Assembly (NCBI GenBank): GCA_934254585.1
Contig: CAKQLF010000001.1
Span: 28,093 to 92,092 of the forward strand
Length of the DNA: 64,000 bases
Direction: 5' to 3'
DNA from: an uncultured Alphaproteobacteria bacterium
GTDB taxonomy: Bacteria; Pseudomonadota; Alphaproteobacteria; RF32; CAG-239
Each line of letters starts with the position of its first letter. Position 1 is the first letter of the stretch. Below the pieces are notes generated by a model. That model worked only from the letters and a program-made list of their open reading frames with translations. It made no database searches and was not told the DNA's origin. The position numbers and the translations under genes were made by a program. Positions 46,602-56,643 of the stretch are shown one piece after another.

Positions 46602-47447
46602 TTAGGCTTTAATTTCAGTTTTATCTGTTTTTAAGTTTTTTTCATACACGGATTTGTCGTGTAAAAATTTGATAACCGTGAAAGGTATGGTTAAAACATA
46701 AAACAGAGTAAATAAACCAAGTGTCAGCCAAGGCTGAGTTAAAAGACAGCTTACAAGTAAGGCGAAAACTATCATCAGCGGCAGAAAATAGTCCGCACTG
46801 ATGCGAGTTTTTTTGAGAGATAAAGTTGGTATGCGGCTGACCATTAAATAGGCCACAAACAACATTATGACACTGCAGAGATATTTGTTGCGCAAAATAA
46901 AATCATATTCCGGATAGGCAAAAGAAATTAACAGGGGCATAACCGCAATTGCCGCTGCCATCGGAGCCGGTACGCCAACAAAGTAGTGCGACCAATATTC
47001 CGGAATAGAAGCATCTTCCAACATTGTGTTAAAGCGAGCTAAACGCATAGCCATTCCGGCAGCGAACATTAAAGTAAAAATCCACCCCCAGTGAGGAATG
47101 CTGTTTAAACACCATTGATACATTAATACGGCAGGAGCCACGCCAAAACTTACAAAATCGGATAAAGAATCCAATTCGGCACCAAATTTTGAGGAAGCCT
47201 TCAATTTGCGGGCAACGCGTCCGTCCAAACCGTCAAAAACGCAAGCTAAAAATAAGCAGACAATGGCATAAGTCCAGTTTTGCAAAATAGCAAATTTTAT
47301 GGTGGTAACACCGGAGCATAAAGCCATTAAAGTTACAATGTTTGGAGCCATTTTACGGAAAGGAACATCTTTTAATTTACCAATGGCTTTTTTTTTGATA
47401 CCTGTGCGTACAGGGTAAGAATAGTTATTTTGATAGTTTTTAGTCAT
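46602..47447 (-). CDS. pssA: CDP-diacylglycerol--serine O-phosphatidyltransferase
   Basis: CDP-alcohol phosphatidyltransferase motif DGLDGRVAR...G...D...D. Multi-TM. Paired with psd. Confidence 0.85.
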   Translation of the reverse strand: MTKNYQNNYSYPVRTGIKKKAIGKLKDVPFRKMAPNIVTLMALCSGVTTIKFAILQNWTYAIVCLFLACVFDGLDGRVARKLKASSKFGAELDSLSDFVSFGVAPAVLMYQWCLNSIPHWGWIFTLMFAAGMAMRLARFNTMLEDASIPEYWSHYFVGVPAPMAAAIAVMPLLISFAYPEYDFILRNKYLCSVIMLFVAYLMVSRIPTLSLKKTRISADYFLPLMIVFALLVSCLLTQPWLTLGLFTLFYVLTIPFTVIKFLHDKSVYEKNLKTDKTEIKA

Positions 47448-48154
47448 TATCTGATTTCTCCTTCAAGACGGGGAGCGTCTGATTTTATATCGGCAATAAT
47501 TGTTTCGCCGCCGATTAAGTATTGTCCGACACAAACCTGTGGTTCTACTTTTTCAGGCAAATATAGGTCAATATATCCACCGAAACGTATAAAACCAAAG
47601 CGTTGTCCGGCTATGAATTCGTCACCTTTTTTCAGCTTGTCAATAATTCTTCGGCTACAAAACAAAGATGTTTGCTGCAAAACAAATTCCAAACCGCTAT
47701 TGTGTTTTAGGGTAATATACATTTTTTCATTGTAAATATCGTTTTTAGCGGTTGAGGCGGAAAAATTTTTTCCGGCATCGTAAAAGGTTTTACTAATAAT
47801 TCCTTTAAGCGGAATTCGATTAATATTAACATCAAAAGGGCTTATATAAATACTCACTTTAGTATAGTTTTTACGGTCAAGACCGAAAATTTCCGGACCT
47901 TTTTCGCGATTGATAGATATTATGTGGCCATCGGCAGGAGCTATAACTGCACCTGATAATATTGGCGTAACACGCAACGGATCGCGAAAACTATAAAAAC
48001 ACCAAACAGTAAGTAAAAACGAAAAACAGCCAAGCGGAAACCATATAACTGCCAATATAAAGGTTATAAAAGCCAGTAGGCTGACAAATTTCCACCCGTC
48101 TTCATTTATATTTGGAAAAAAATAATGATGAAGAGACGTGTCGACAAATTTCAT
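47447..48154 (-). CDS. psd: phosphatidylserine decarboxylase proenzyme (short form)
   Basis: 235 aa. N-terminal TM. C-terminal Gly-rich region ...FGGYIDLY...GGE typical of short Psd. Start overlaps the pssA stop. Confidence 0.75.
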   Translation of the reverse strand: MKFVDTSLHHYFFPNINEDGWKFVSLLAFITFILAVIWFPLGCFSFLLTVWCFYSFRDPLRVTPILSGAVIAPADGHIISINREKGPEIFGLDRKNYTKVSIYISPFDVNINRIPLKGIISKTFYDAGKNFSASTAKNDIYNEKMYITLKHNSGLEFVLQQTSLFCSRRIIDKLKKGDEFIAGQRFGFIRFGGYIDLYLPEKVEPQVCVGQYLIGGETIIADIKSDAPRLEGEIR

Positions 48155-48316
48155 TTTTTTCTCCCCAAGAATACCGAAACGCTGTTTCTGTCGTATTCCA
48201 AAGTTAAACAGAGGAATTTTTTCCTCTTTCCACCAGATAATTAAACATATTTTGTAAAAAATTACAAGTTTTATGTTGCAAATATAAAAAAATTTATGTA
48301 TATAAGACTTTGTAAT

Positions 48317-48403
48317 GCGCTTGTGGCGGAATCGGTAGACGCTGCAGACTTAAAATCTGTTGGGATTTATCCCGTGCCAGTTCAAGTCTGGCCTAGCGCA
48401 CCA
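48317..48403 (+). tRNA. tRNA-Leu (anticodon UAA)
   Basis: Hand-folded. Anticodon stem GCAGA/TCTGT with loop CTTAAAA. Long variable arm. T-arm GCCAG-TTCAAGT-CTGGC. CCA encoded. One acceptor-stem mismatch. Confidence 0.85.
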
Positions 48404-48409
48404 ATAAAG

Positions 48410-48437
48410 AATGCTTTCCTGACGGAGAGCATTTTTT
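48410..48437 (+). terminator. weak hairpin terminator after tRNA-Leu
   Basis: aatgct...agcatt then T6. Confidence 0.4.
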
Positions 48438-48585
48438 GTGAACAACTAACAACTAATACTTTGATTTTTTTCCGCTGTATAAAGGCGGATTTTTTTTGTT
48501 TTTAACGATTAACTTAAAATCTGTTTTAAAATAGTAAAAAATAAAACATATTTAGATAAAACAATTAATTAAAACGCGGTTTAAA

Positions 48586-48627
48586 GTCCGTTTTAAACCA
48601 CCGTTTAAAACGGACTCTCAAAAATGG
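48586..48627. repeat. left inverted repeat (contains perfect 12-bp palindrome gtccgttttaaa/tttaaaacggac)
   Basis: Read directly. Its reverse complement matches 48726-48766 at about 75% identity (shared core ttaaaccaccgtt...ggactct). Confidence 0.75.
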
Positions 48628-48679
48628 AAAATCAAAAAAATCACCAAACCCGAAAAAATGTTGAAAATATAAAAAGTTA

Positions 48680-48708
48680 TTGCAATATTGGCACCTTTTT
48701 CCTATACT
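48680..48708 (+). promoter_or_regulatory. sigma70-like promoter TTGCAA-17-TATACT inside the IR-flanked segment, facing pilin-like paralog 2
   Basis: The hexamers and 17-bp spacer were read directly. Confidence 0.4.
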
Positions 48709-48725
48709 CAAAAAAACAGCAAAAA

Positions 48726-48766
48726 AGAGTCCAAAAATAACGGTGGTTTAAATTGGACTTTAAAAG
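48726..48766. repeat. right inverted repeat (inverse copy of 48586-48627)
   Basis: agagtccaaaaataacggtggtttaaattggactttaaaag. Confidence 0.7.
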
Positions 48767-48997
48767 AAGAAAAAATAAAGGAGAATCAAAGTGTTAGAAA
48801 ATGGCAAAATGGGGCTTTTAAGACGGGTTTTTGAGGTGATTTTTGGGCACAATGTCATTAATCGGCATTTTTTCAAGGTTATTAGTGAGATTTTGGGTAC
48901 CATTCGCGGGCTCCGACCTGCGAATCTGGATTGCCGGATTACGTCTGGCAATGACAGTAAGGTGGAGTGCGTCACGTTCGGCAATGACTATAGAGTT

Positions 48998-49636
48998 GTG
49001 CAGTCCGGAAGAAGTATGATAGAAATGCTCGGCGTTTTGGCTATAATTGCGGTTCTTTCCGTTGGCGGAATTGCCGGATATTCCAAGGCCTTAATGAAAT
49101 GGAAATCAAATGTTCAAAAAAATATGTTGGCAGAATTGTTAACTAATATGATAAAAATTAGACCTAATCTCGATAAAAAATCTACATCATTTGATAACAT
49201 AACCTATGTTTTTGAGGCTATGGGAGCATTACCGGAAGGAATAACTTATAAAAATAATTATATGTATGATAAAGAAGATAATTTGATTTGGATTGATTAT
49301 GGTTTATCGTCGTGGACTAATGAAGATGGTTCCATTGGCACGATGTTTGCTTATGTTTTACGTTTTAATTATAAAATAGGTACTGGTAATCTAACGGTTC
49401 CGGCTAAGGATTTTTGCTTGAATTTGCTTGAGGCTGCTAAAACTATTGCGGAAGAGGTTGTTTGTGTAAAAACAAATTATAGTGATTCTTCCAGTTGGAA
49501 TGGTTCAGGTCAAAATGTAATGTATACAAAAAGGTCTTTAGAAACGGCAACAATGGCAGATATGCAACAGAAATGCAATATGGTAATTAAAGAAGAGGGC
49601 GGAGTTCGTTTTTCATTAATGCTAAATCCTTATTAA
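48998..49636 (+). CDS. type IV pilin-like protein, paralog 2
   Basis: Track ORF 48791..49636. Start reassigned to in-frame GTG 48998 (MQSG-RSMIEMLGVLAIIAVLSVGGIAGYSKALMK). The C-terminal domain is diverged (3 Cys) and not alignable by eye with paralogs 1 and 3. Confidence 0.5.
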   Translation: MQSGRSMIEMLGVLAIIAVLSVGGIAGYSKALMKWKSNVQKNMLAELLTNMIKIRPNLDKKSTSFDNITYVFEAMGALPEGITYKNNYMYDKEDNLIWIDYGLSSWTNEDGSIGTMFAYVLRFNYKIGTGNLTVPAKDFCLNLLEAAKTIAEEVVCVKTNYSDSSSWNGSGQNVMYTKRSLETATMADMQQKCNMVIKEEGGVRFSLMLNPY

Positions 49637-49691
49637 AAAAACTCCCCGCTAAATTGATAACGGGGAGTTTTTTGTAGTCAATCTCTAAAGA

Positions 49692-52370
49692 TTAAGCAGC
49701 TTTCTTTTCTGCGTGGTCTTTTTGAGTTTTACCATATTTGATAGCAGCTTGAGCTGCAGCCAAACGAGCTACCGGTACACGGAACGGTGAGCAAGACACA
49801 TAGTCTAAACCACACTGTTGGAAGAACTCGATGGATTTAGGGTCACCACCGTGTTCACCGCAAACACCCAACAACAAGTCTGGGTTAGTTTGACGACCGC
49901 ATTCGCAAGCGCGTTTAACCAATTTACCAACACCATCAACATCAATAGAAGCAAACGGATCTGCAACATAAATGCCTTTAGCGCGATAGCAATCCAAGAT
50001 GGCACCGGTATCGTCACGGCTCATACCCAAAGTTGTTTGAGTCAAGTCGTTTGTACCAAAACCAAAGAATGCAGCAGAAGCGGCAATTTCTTCAGCCATC
50101 AAAGCGGCTCTTGGCAATTCAATCATTGTACCAACTTCATATTCAATAGATTTGCCTTTTTCAGCAAACAAAGCTTGAGCAGTTGTATCAATGATGTTTT
50201 TAACAATATCCAATTCTTTCTTAGAACCAACCAATGGAACTTCGATTTCAGGCATAACATTAACGCCTTCTTCACGGCATTCCATAGCAGCTTCCAAGAT
50301 AGCGCGGGTTTGCATTTCGCAGATTTCCGGATAAGTAATCGGCAAACGGCAACCACGATGACCCAACATAGGGTTCATTTCGTGCAAAGAGTTAGCGCGG
50401 TTTTTAACTTCGGCTAAAGTTTTGCCCATTTTATCAGCCAATTCCTGCATTTCTGCATCTGTATGAGGCAAAAATTCATGGAGCGGTGGATCCAACAAAC
50501 GAATAACTACCGGATAGCCGTTCATTGTTCTGTACAATTCTTTGAAATCTTCTTTTTGGTATGGCAACAATTTAGCCAAAGCAGCACGGCGGCCGGCTTC
50601 GTCATCAGACAAAATCATTGTGCGCATATCAGAAATTCTTTTAGCGTCAAAGAACATATGTTCGGTACGAGCCAAACCAATACCTTCAGCACCAAAGGCT
50701 AAAGCTTGTTTAGCGTCTGCCGGAGTTTCAGCGTTGGCGCGAACGTGCATTGTGCGGATTTCATCAACCCAACCCATAAATGTACCGAAATTACCGGTCA
50801 TAGATGCGCTGACAGTTGGAATTTCGCCTTCAATGATTTGACCTTTGGCACCATCCAAAGATACCCAATCGCCTTCTTTAATTACAACGCCGGATTTTGT
50901 TGACATTGTTTTAGTTTTGTAGTCGATGGTGATATCTGTTGAACCGGATACGCAAGGAGTACCCATACCACGAGCAACCACAGCAGCGTGAGAAGTCATA
51001 CCGCCGCGAGCAGTAATCACACCTTGAGAAGCATGCATACCGCCAATATCTTCCGGAGAAGTTTCGTTACGGATAAGGATAACTTTTTCACCTTTAGCGG
51101 CCCAAGCTTCTGCATCTTCAGCGCAGAATACGGCACGGCCAACAGCGGCACCAGGAGAAGCTGGCAAACCGGTAGCAATTACTTTTTTGTTGGCTTTAGG
51201 GTCCAACATCGGGTGTAACAATTGGTCTAATTGGTCAGCACCAACGCGCATAATAGCTTCTTCTTTAGTCAACAAACCTTCGTTAACCATTTCAACAGCC
51301 ATTCTTACAGCAGCGGCGGCAGTTCTTTTACCGTTACGGCATTGTAACATCCACAATTTTTTGTGTTCAATGGTGAATTCCATATCTTGCATATCTTTGT
51401 AGTGTGCTTCCAAAGCGTTGCGAACATCTACAAGTTGTTGATACAAATCAGGCCACAATTCTTCCAAAGAGTTGCCTTTGCCTTCAGAACCCATAGGTTG
51501 CGGAGTACGAATACCGGCCACAACGTCTTCACCTTGAGCGTTGATTAAGTATTCACCATAATATCTGTTTTCACCGGTTGCAGGGTCACGAGAGAAGCAT
51601 ACACCGGTTGCAGAATCGTCACCGGCATTACCGAATACCATAGTTTGAACGTTACAAGCTGTACCCCAATCACCAGGGATGTTGTTCAATTTACGATAGG
51701 TGATGGCGCGAGCTGCGTTCCAAGAACCGAATACGGCACCGATACCAAGCCACAATTGTTCCCAAGGGTCTTGCGGAACAACTTTGCCTAATTTTTTACC
51801 GATTTCTTTGTATTCGTTTACCAATTCTTTCAAGTCATCGGTTGTCATATCTGTATCAGATTTATAACCTTTGGCTTTTTTCATAGCTTCAAGAGCACCT
51901 TCATATTCATCAAGGTCTGCACCCAAAACTACATCAGAGAACATTTGGATAAAACGACGATAAGAGTCATAAGCGAATCTTTCATTACCCGAAACTTTAG
52001 CCAAACCTTTAACGCTTTCATCGTTCAAACCAAGGTTTAAAACGGTGTCCATCATACCAGGCATAGAAATTCTTGCGCCGGAACGAACAGAGAATAAAAG
52101 CGGATTTTCTGGATCAGCAAATTTTTTACCCATAATGGCTTCAACACCGGCAACAGCTGCTTTAACTTGGTCTTTCAAGTCGGCAGGATATGTGTTGTTG
52201 TTTGCATAGTAATATGTGCAAACGTCTGTTGTAACGGTGAATCCAGGAGGAACAGGCAAGCCAACTTTGTTCATTTCTGCCAAGTTAGCACCTTTACCGC
52301 CCAGGAGATTACGCATGTTGGCATCGCCTTCTGCTTTGCCATTTCCAAATGTATATACCCATTTACTCAT
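49692..52370 (-). CDS. ppdK: pyruvate, phosphate dikinase
   Basis: 892 aa. PEP-utilising enzyme motifs (GGMTSHAAVVARGMGTPCVSG, phosphohistidine domain). N-terminal ATP-grasp. Confidence 0.95.
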   Translation of the reverse strand: MSKWVYTFGNGKAEGDANMRNLLGGKGANLAEMNKVGLPVPPGFTVTTDVCTYYYANNNTYPADLKDQVKAAVAGVEAIMGKKFADPENPLLFSVRSGARISMPGMMDTVLNLGLNDESVKGLAKVSGNERFAYDSYRRFIQMFSDVVLGADLDEYEGALEAMKKAKGYKSDTDMTTDDLKELVNEYKEIGKKLGKVVPQDPWEQLWLGIGAVFGSWNAARAITYRKLNNIPGDWGTACNVQTMVFGNAGDDSATGVCFSRDPATGENRYYGEYLINAQGEDVVAGIRTPQPMGSEGKGNSLEELWPDLYQQLVDVRNALEAHYKDMQDMEFTIEHKKLWMLQCRNGKRTAAAAVRMAVEMVNEGLLTKEEAIMRVGADQLDQLLHPMLDPKANKKVIATGLPASPGAAVGRAVFCAEDAEAWAAKGEKVILIRNETSPEDIGGMHASQGVITARGGMTSHAAVVARGMGTPCVSGSTDITIDYKTKTMSTKSGVVIKEGDWVSLDGAKGQIIEGEIPTVSASMTGNFGTFMGWVDEIRTMHVRANAETPADAKQALAFGAEGIGLARTEHMFFDAKRISDMRTMILSDDEAGRRAALAKLLPYQKEDFKELYRTMNGYPVVIRLLDPPLHEFLPHTDAEMQELADKMGKTLAEVKNRANSLHEMNPMLGHRGCRLPITYPEICEMQTRAILEAAMECREEGVNVMPEIEVPLVGSKKELDIVKNIIDTTAQALFAEKGKSIEYEVGTMIELPRAALMAEEIAASAAFFGFGTNDLTQTTLGMSRDDTGAILDCYRAKGIYVADPFASIDVDGVGKLVKRACECGRQTNPDLLLGVCGEHGGDPKSIEFFQQCGLDYVSCSPFRVPVARLAAAQAAIKYGKTQKDHAEKKAA

Positions 52371-52610
52371 GGTTATTTAAGCTCCTATTAGCTATTTTGT
52401 TAAAACGAAGTTACAGCCCGCAAGCGAACCATAACTAAAATTAAAAAAACTTCAATTTGCCTTGAATGTATAACACAAAATGTCAGACTTCAAGCAAAAT
52501 ATCACATTTTTCGGGAAAAAAATATGGACATAATTGCTTATTTTTACGCAAAAAATAAAAAGGTTGTCAAAATACAGACAACCTTTTTCAAATACACTTT
52601 TTCAAAGGGC

Positions 52611-53123
52611 TTATTTAGCCAAAATATCCAACAATTTTTTGTTTGCTTCTTCCATTGAACAATTGCTGTAAACCGAAACTTCGCTTGCCAAGCGGTTTAC
52701 CGCCTGTTCGTAAATTTGACGTTCACTGTAAGATTGTTCGGCAATATTTTCATTGCGGTACAAATCGCGTATAACTTCGGCAATAGCCACCGGATTTCCG
52801 GAATTGATTTTGTTTTCATATTCCTGAGCGCGGCGCGACCACATAATTTTACGAATTTTAGCTTTGCCTTTTAAGGTTGTAAAAGCTTCATTCATCGTTT
52901 TGTCGTCAGAAATCTTACGCAAACCAACGTGCTGAATTTTGGAAGTCGGAATACGCAAAGTCATTTTGTCTTTGTCAAAATTTACCACCAGAAGCTCAAG
53001 TTCTGAACCGGCAATATTTTGTTTGGTTACGTCAGCAACTTTTCCAACTCCGTGGGTTGGATAAACTACATATTCGCCGGCGTTGAAAGTTAGTGATGGT
53101 AATTTTTTAATACTCATATTCAC
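52611..53123 (-). CDS. cdnL: CarD/CdnL-family transcriptional regulator
   Basis: N-terminal RNAP-interacting domain FNAGEYVVYPTHGVGKV. 170 aa. Confidence 0.8.
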   Translation of the reverse strand: MNMSIKKLPSLTFNAGEYVVYPTHGVGKVADVTKQNIAGSELELLVVNFDKDKMTLRIPTSKIQHVGLRKISDDKTMNEAFTTLKGKAKIRKIMWSRRAQEYENKINSGNPVAIAEVIRDLYRNENIAEQSYSERQIYEQAVNRLASEVSVYSNCSMEEANKKLLDILAK

Positions 53124-53219
53124 TCCAGAAAAATAAAATTTATTACGAAAACATTAATGAATATAGCACATTTTTAGAGCTAAATCCAGAGCAAAATGTG
53201 AAAAAAGATAAAATTTTTA

Positions 53220-53696
53220 CTATTTTTTTATTTTTGGAAACAGATTTGTCTGGCGGAGAGCTTCGGTTAAAGCCATTGCGGCTGAAACCGCCATATTTAT
53301 GGAGCGAGCTTCCGGCGACATCGGAATCAAAAGCTGTGCGTCGGCCAGTTGGTGAATTTCTTCAGGTACGCCCGCACTCTCTCGTCCCATAAGAATGATG
53401 TCGTTAGGTTTAAAGGAAAAATCTAAAAACGAATCCGCGCCATGAGTTGTCATTAAAACCAATCGCCCATATTCTTCGGGGTGTTGGCGGCGATATTCCA
53501 TAAAGTCCGTCCAACTGTTGTGGCGACGGCAATTAACAAAATCCAAATAGTCCATACCGGCACGGCGCATAGCTTTTTCGTTAAATATGAAACCGCAAGG
53601 TTCAATGATATCCAATTCAAGATTCAAACAGGCACCCAAACGCAAAAGCGTACCTGTGTTTTGCGGTATATCCGGTTGATATAAAGCTAAGCGCAT
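53220..53696 (-). CDS. trmL: tRNA (cytidine/uridine-2'-O)-methyltransferase TrmL (SpoU family)
   Basis: SPOUT motifs (LIPMSPEARSINMAVSAAMAL). 158 aa. Confidence 0.75.
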   Translation of the reverse strand: MRLALYQPDIPQNTGTLLRLGACLNLELDIIEPCGFIFNEKAMRRAGMDYLDFVNCRRHNSWTDFMEYRRQHPEEYGRLVLMTTHGADSFLDFSFKPNDIILMGRESAGVPEEIHQLADAQLLIPMSPEARSINMAVSAAMALTEALRQTNLFPKIKK

Positions 53697-53725
53697 AGCG
53701 GTATTTCCTTTTTTTGTTTTACGAA

Positions 53726-54208
53726 TTATGCCGATTTTTTCGCTTCTTCGGCTTCTTTGGCTTTTTTAGCATTGTACAAAGCCACAAAATCTACCGGACT
53801 TAACAACATCGGCGGTAAACCTGCTGCAGACAAGCTGTTGGCAATAATGCTGCGAACAAACGGGAACAGCAAACGAGGCATTTCAATATACAAAACAGGT
53901 TCCAAATGTTCTTCCGGAACATTTACGGAAACTACGGAGGCGTAAGTCAATTCAACAATAAACAGAGTCTTGCCGTTTACATCAGCGTTCATTTTTGCGT
54001 TGAGAGTAACGTTATAGTTTCCATCGTCCATTTTTTTGCTGTTCATACCCATATCAACGTTTACATTGGGATTTTGTGTTAATTCCTTAAAAATTTCCGG
54101 TGCCAAAGGAACTTCCAAAGACATATCCTTTATATATTGGCTGTGAATTACAATTCCGCTTGGTTGTTGATTGTTGGTTTGATTATTTTCCATTTTTTTC
54201 TCCTTCAA
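53726..54208 (-). CDS. secB: protein-export chaperone SecB
   Basis: 160 aa. Core YIEMPRLLFPFVRSIIANSLSAAGLPPMLLSPVDF matches SecB. Confidence 0.8.
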   Translation of the reverse strand: MKEKKMENNQTNNQQPSGIVIHSQYIKDMSLEVPLAPEIFKELTQNPNVNVDMGMNSKKMDDGNYNVTLNAKMNADVNGKTLFIVELTYASVVSVNVPEEHLEPVLYIEMPRLLFPFVRSIIANSLSAAGLPPMLLSPVDFVALYNAKKAKEAEEAKKSA

Positions 54209-54321
54209 ATTTCAGTTTAATAAGAAATAATACGAAAAAAGCTAATCGTCAAACATTTATATTGATAAAATTTTTATTTGTTTTATATTATTAGCGTATA
54301 TATAGTGAGGTAGAAAAAAAG

Positions 54322-54945
54322 ATGGTTGATATAATTTTTTTGTTAGTGTTGGTTGCCGCAGTTGCTGTACGTCTTTATAGTGTTTTTGGAAAAAACAGCG
54401 AAGAGAAAAATGTTCGCGTTATCTTGAGACCTGTACAAAAAAGTTCTGACGAGCAGGTTGTTGATAACATAATGGAAATTGTTCGGCCAGAGCAGGTTAA
54501 AACCAAAACGGAAGAAAAAAGTTCTGTTTCCGACGAATTTAATAAAGAAATGTTCTTACAAGGCGCGCGTCGTGTGTTTGAGCTTGTTTTGAACGCTTTT
54601 AGCCGTGGCGACTTGCTGCCGGTAAAAGATTTGGTGAGTAAAAAAGTTTTTGAAGCTATCAATGGCGTGATTACCGAGCGGAAAGAAAATAATATAACCT
54701 CGGAAGTTGATTTTATTTGCTTTGATAAAAGCGAAGTTAAAGATGTAAAAATGCTGAAAAACAGTATTAAAGTGGTGGTAGAGTTTGTAAGCGAACAAGT
54801 TAATTTGTTGCGCAACGCTAAAGGCGAGGTGGTTGAAGGTGATGAAAATTTCGTGCAAAAAATCACTGATGTTTGGACTTTTGAAAGAATGTTAAATGCA
54901 AAAAACAATAATTGGGTGCTGGTTTCCACTAAAAAAACAGCTTAG
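54322..54945 (+). CDS. Tim44-like domain protein
   Basis: N-terminal TM helix plus Tim44-like C-terminal domain. Conserved position between secB and mltA in alphaproteobacteria. Confidence 0.65.
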   Translation: MVDIIFLLVLVAAVAVRLYSVFGKNSEEKNVRVILRPVQKSSDEQVVDNIMEIVRPEQVKTKTEEKSSVSDEFNKEMFLQGARRVFELVLNAFSRGDLLPVKDLVSKKVFEAINGVITERKENNITSEVDFICFDKSEVKDVKMLKNSIKVVVEFVSEQVNLLRNAKGEVVEGDENFVQKITDVWTFERMLNAKNNNWVLVSTKKTA

Positions 54946-56104
54946 TTTTATCTTTTTAACCACATTTTTATTGCTTCTGAACGGTTGTTTTCAAGAAAAA
55001 AAAGAAGTTCCGACAACCGAAAAAGGCAAGGTTGTGTTGAAAAAGGTCGGATATTCACAACTTTCAGGTTGGAAAAACGATGATTTTGCTGAGATTATTC
55101 CGGTTTTTGCTAAAAACTGTCAGGCTGTTTTGAAAAATAAAAATACCTATTTATATACTTCAAAAATAAAATTAATAACTGCTGATTATCAGCGAGTGTG
55201 CAAAAAATTTAATGCGGCCGCCATAAAAAACGGTTCGCAGATGAAAAAATTTATTGAAAATGAATTTGTGCCATATTCGGTGAGTAATAACGGAGTGGAA
55301 AACGGCAAGTTTACTTCTTATTATGAGGCAGTAATTTATGCGTCTTGGGAAAAAACGGCAAAATATAAATTTCCGATTTATGGCAGACCTCAAGATTTAA
55401 TAGAGATAAATTTGAAAGATTTTGACAGTTCGTTGCCTAATACTCGCTTAGTGGGGAGGGTAGATGGTAAGAAGTTTGTTCCCTATTATAATCGCCGCGA
55501 AATTGAACAAAACGGGGTGGAGGCTCCGGTTTTGATGTGGGGTGATGATTTGGTCGATATTCATTTTATGCAAATTCAGGGTTCGGCGATAGCTATTATG
55601 AATGACGGTACGGAACAGCGAATCGGTTTTGCCGACAGTAACGGCCGAAAATTTAAAGGTATTGGTTCTATTTTGCTGCAAAAAGGGTTGATTAAACAAG
55701 GCGAAGCCTCAATGACCAAAATCAGAGAATGGTTACGGAAAAATCCGCAAAAAGCCGCCGAGATAATGGCCGAAAACGAACGTTTTATTTTTCAGAGGGC
55801 TGTGGATGCCGATGGTCCGATTGGAGCGATGGGACTTTCTTTGACGGCCGGCCGCAGTATGGCCGTTGACAATCAATTCATTCCTTTGGGAGCTATGCTG
55901 TGGCTTGATACGGTTAATCCCGATAATGATAAAATAGAAAAAGTGGTGTTTGCTCAAGATATTGGCAGTGCTATAAAAGGTGTTGTGCGCGGCGACTATT
56001 TTTGGGGGCACGGCGAAGAAGCGTTGGCTGAAGCCGGACGAATGAATTCCGTCGGTAAATATTATTTGCTTGCGCCTAAATATTCGACACCAAAGGTTAA
56101 CTGA
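54896..56104 (+). CDS. mltA: membrane-bound lytic murein transglycosylase A (lipoprotein)
   Basis: Lipobox LLLNGC. MltA core including GDDLVDIHFMQIQGSA and the 3D domain. The track start overlaps the Tim44-like gene by 50 nt, so the true start may be downstream. Confidence 0.75.
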   Translation: MQKTIIGCWFPLKKQLSFIFLTTFLLLLNGCFQEKKEVPTTEKGKVVLKKVGYSQLSGWKNDDFAEIIPVFAKNCQAVLKNKNTYLYTSKIKLITADYQRVCKKFNAAAIKNGSQMKKFIENEFVPYSVSNNGVENGKFTSYYEAVIYASWEKTAKYKFPIYGRPQDLIEINLKDFDSSLPNTRLVGRVDGKKFVPYYNRREIEQNGVEAPVLMWGDDLVDIHFMQIQGSAIAIMNDGTEQRIGFADSNGRKFKGIGSILLQKGLIKQGEASMTKIREWLRKNPQKAAEIMAENERFIFQRAVDADGPIGAMGLSLTAGRSMAVDNQFIPLGAMLWLDTVNPDNDKIEKVVFAQDIGSAIKGVVRGDYFWGHGEEALAEAGRMNSVGKYYLLAPKYSTPKVN

Positions 56105-56643
56105 TGACAGAACAAAACGACGATGAAAAATTTTGGCTTGAAGTGGTTGAAGGTATTAAACCAATGCAATCCACTCAGGTTGTTTCACGTGAAAAAAAAT
56201 TAAAACCGGTGCAAAAAGAAAAAATTTATTATGCTGTAAAGCAGGAGTTTTCTACTTATTCCAAATTTTTAGATGATTTTGAAAACGGTGGAATAGACAA
56301 GTCTACTTTGCGTAAATTTAAGCGTGAAGAGTTTAGAGTGGAAGCTGTTTTGGATTTGCACGGGCTGACGGAAGACGAGGCTTTTGCCAAGGTTGACAGT
56401 TTTATTCCGCAAAGTTATGCTTTAGGCCGTCGCTGTGTGATGATTATAACCGGAAAAGGAATCAGAGTTCATCCGAATGACGATATTTTTACTTCTAAAG
56501 GCGTCTTACGCAAGCAAGTGCCGCAATGGCTGAATATGGCACGTTTGCGGGCTATGATATTGATTTATAAACACGCTTCGGAAAAAATGGGAGGTGAGGG
56601 AGCTCTCTATATTTTGTTACGGAGAAATAAAGATATTCAATAG
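56104..56643 (+). CDS. Smr-domain protein
   Basis: C-terminal Smr motif LDLHGLTEDEA...ITGKG. Conserved mltA-smr adjacency. Confidence 0.7.
   Translation: MTEQNDDEKFWLEVVEGIKPMQSTQVVSREKKLKPVQKEKIYYAVKQEFSTYSKFLDDFENGGIDKSTLRKFKREEFRVEAVLDLHGLTEDEAFAKVDSFIPQSYALGRRCVMIITGKGIRVHPNDDIFTSKGVLRKQVPQWLNMARLRAMILIYKHASEKMGGEGALYILLRRNKDIQ

Noticed and set aside
49818-50417. 199-aa plus-strand ORF and several other 60-100-aa ORFs inside ppdK
   Set aside because: Antisense to a highly conserved enzyme gene. Typical GC-rich-frame shadow ORFs.
54375-54929. 184-aa minus-strand ORF
   Set aside because: Antisense to the Tim44-like gene. Ser/Thr/Leu-rich low-complexity translation.
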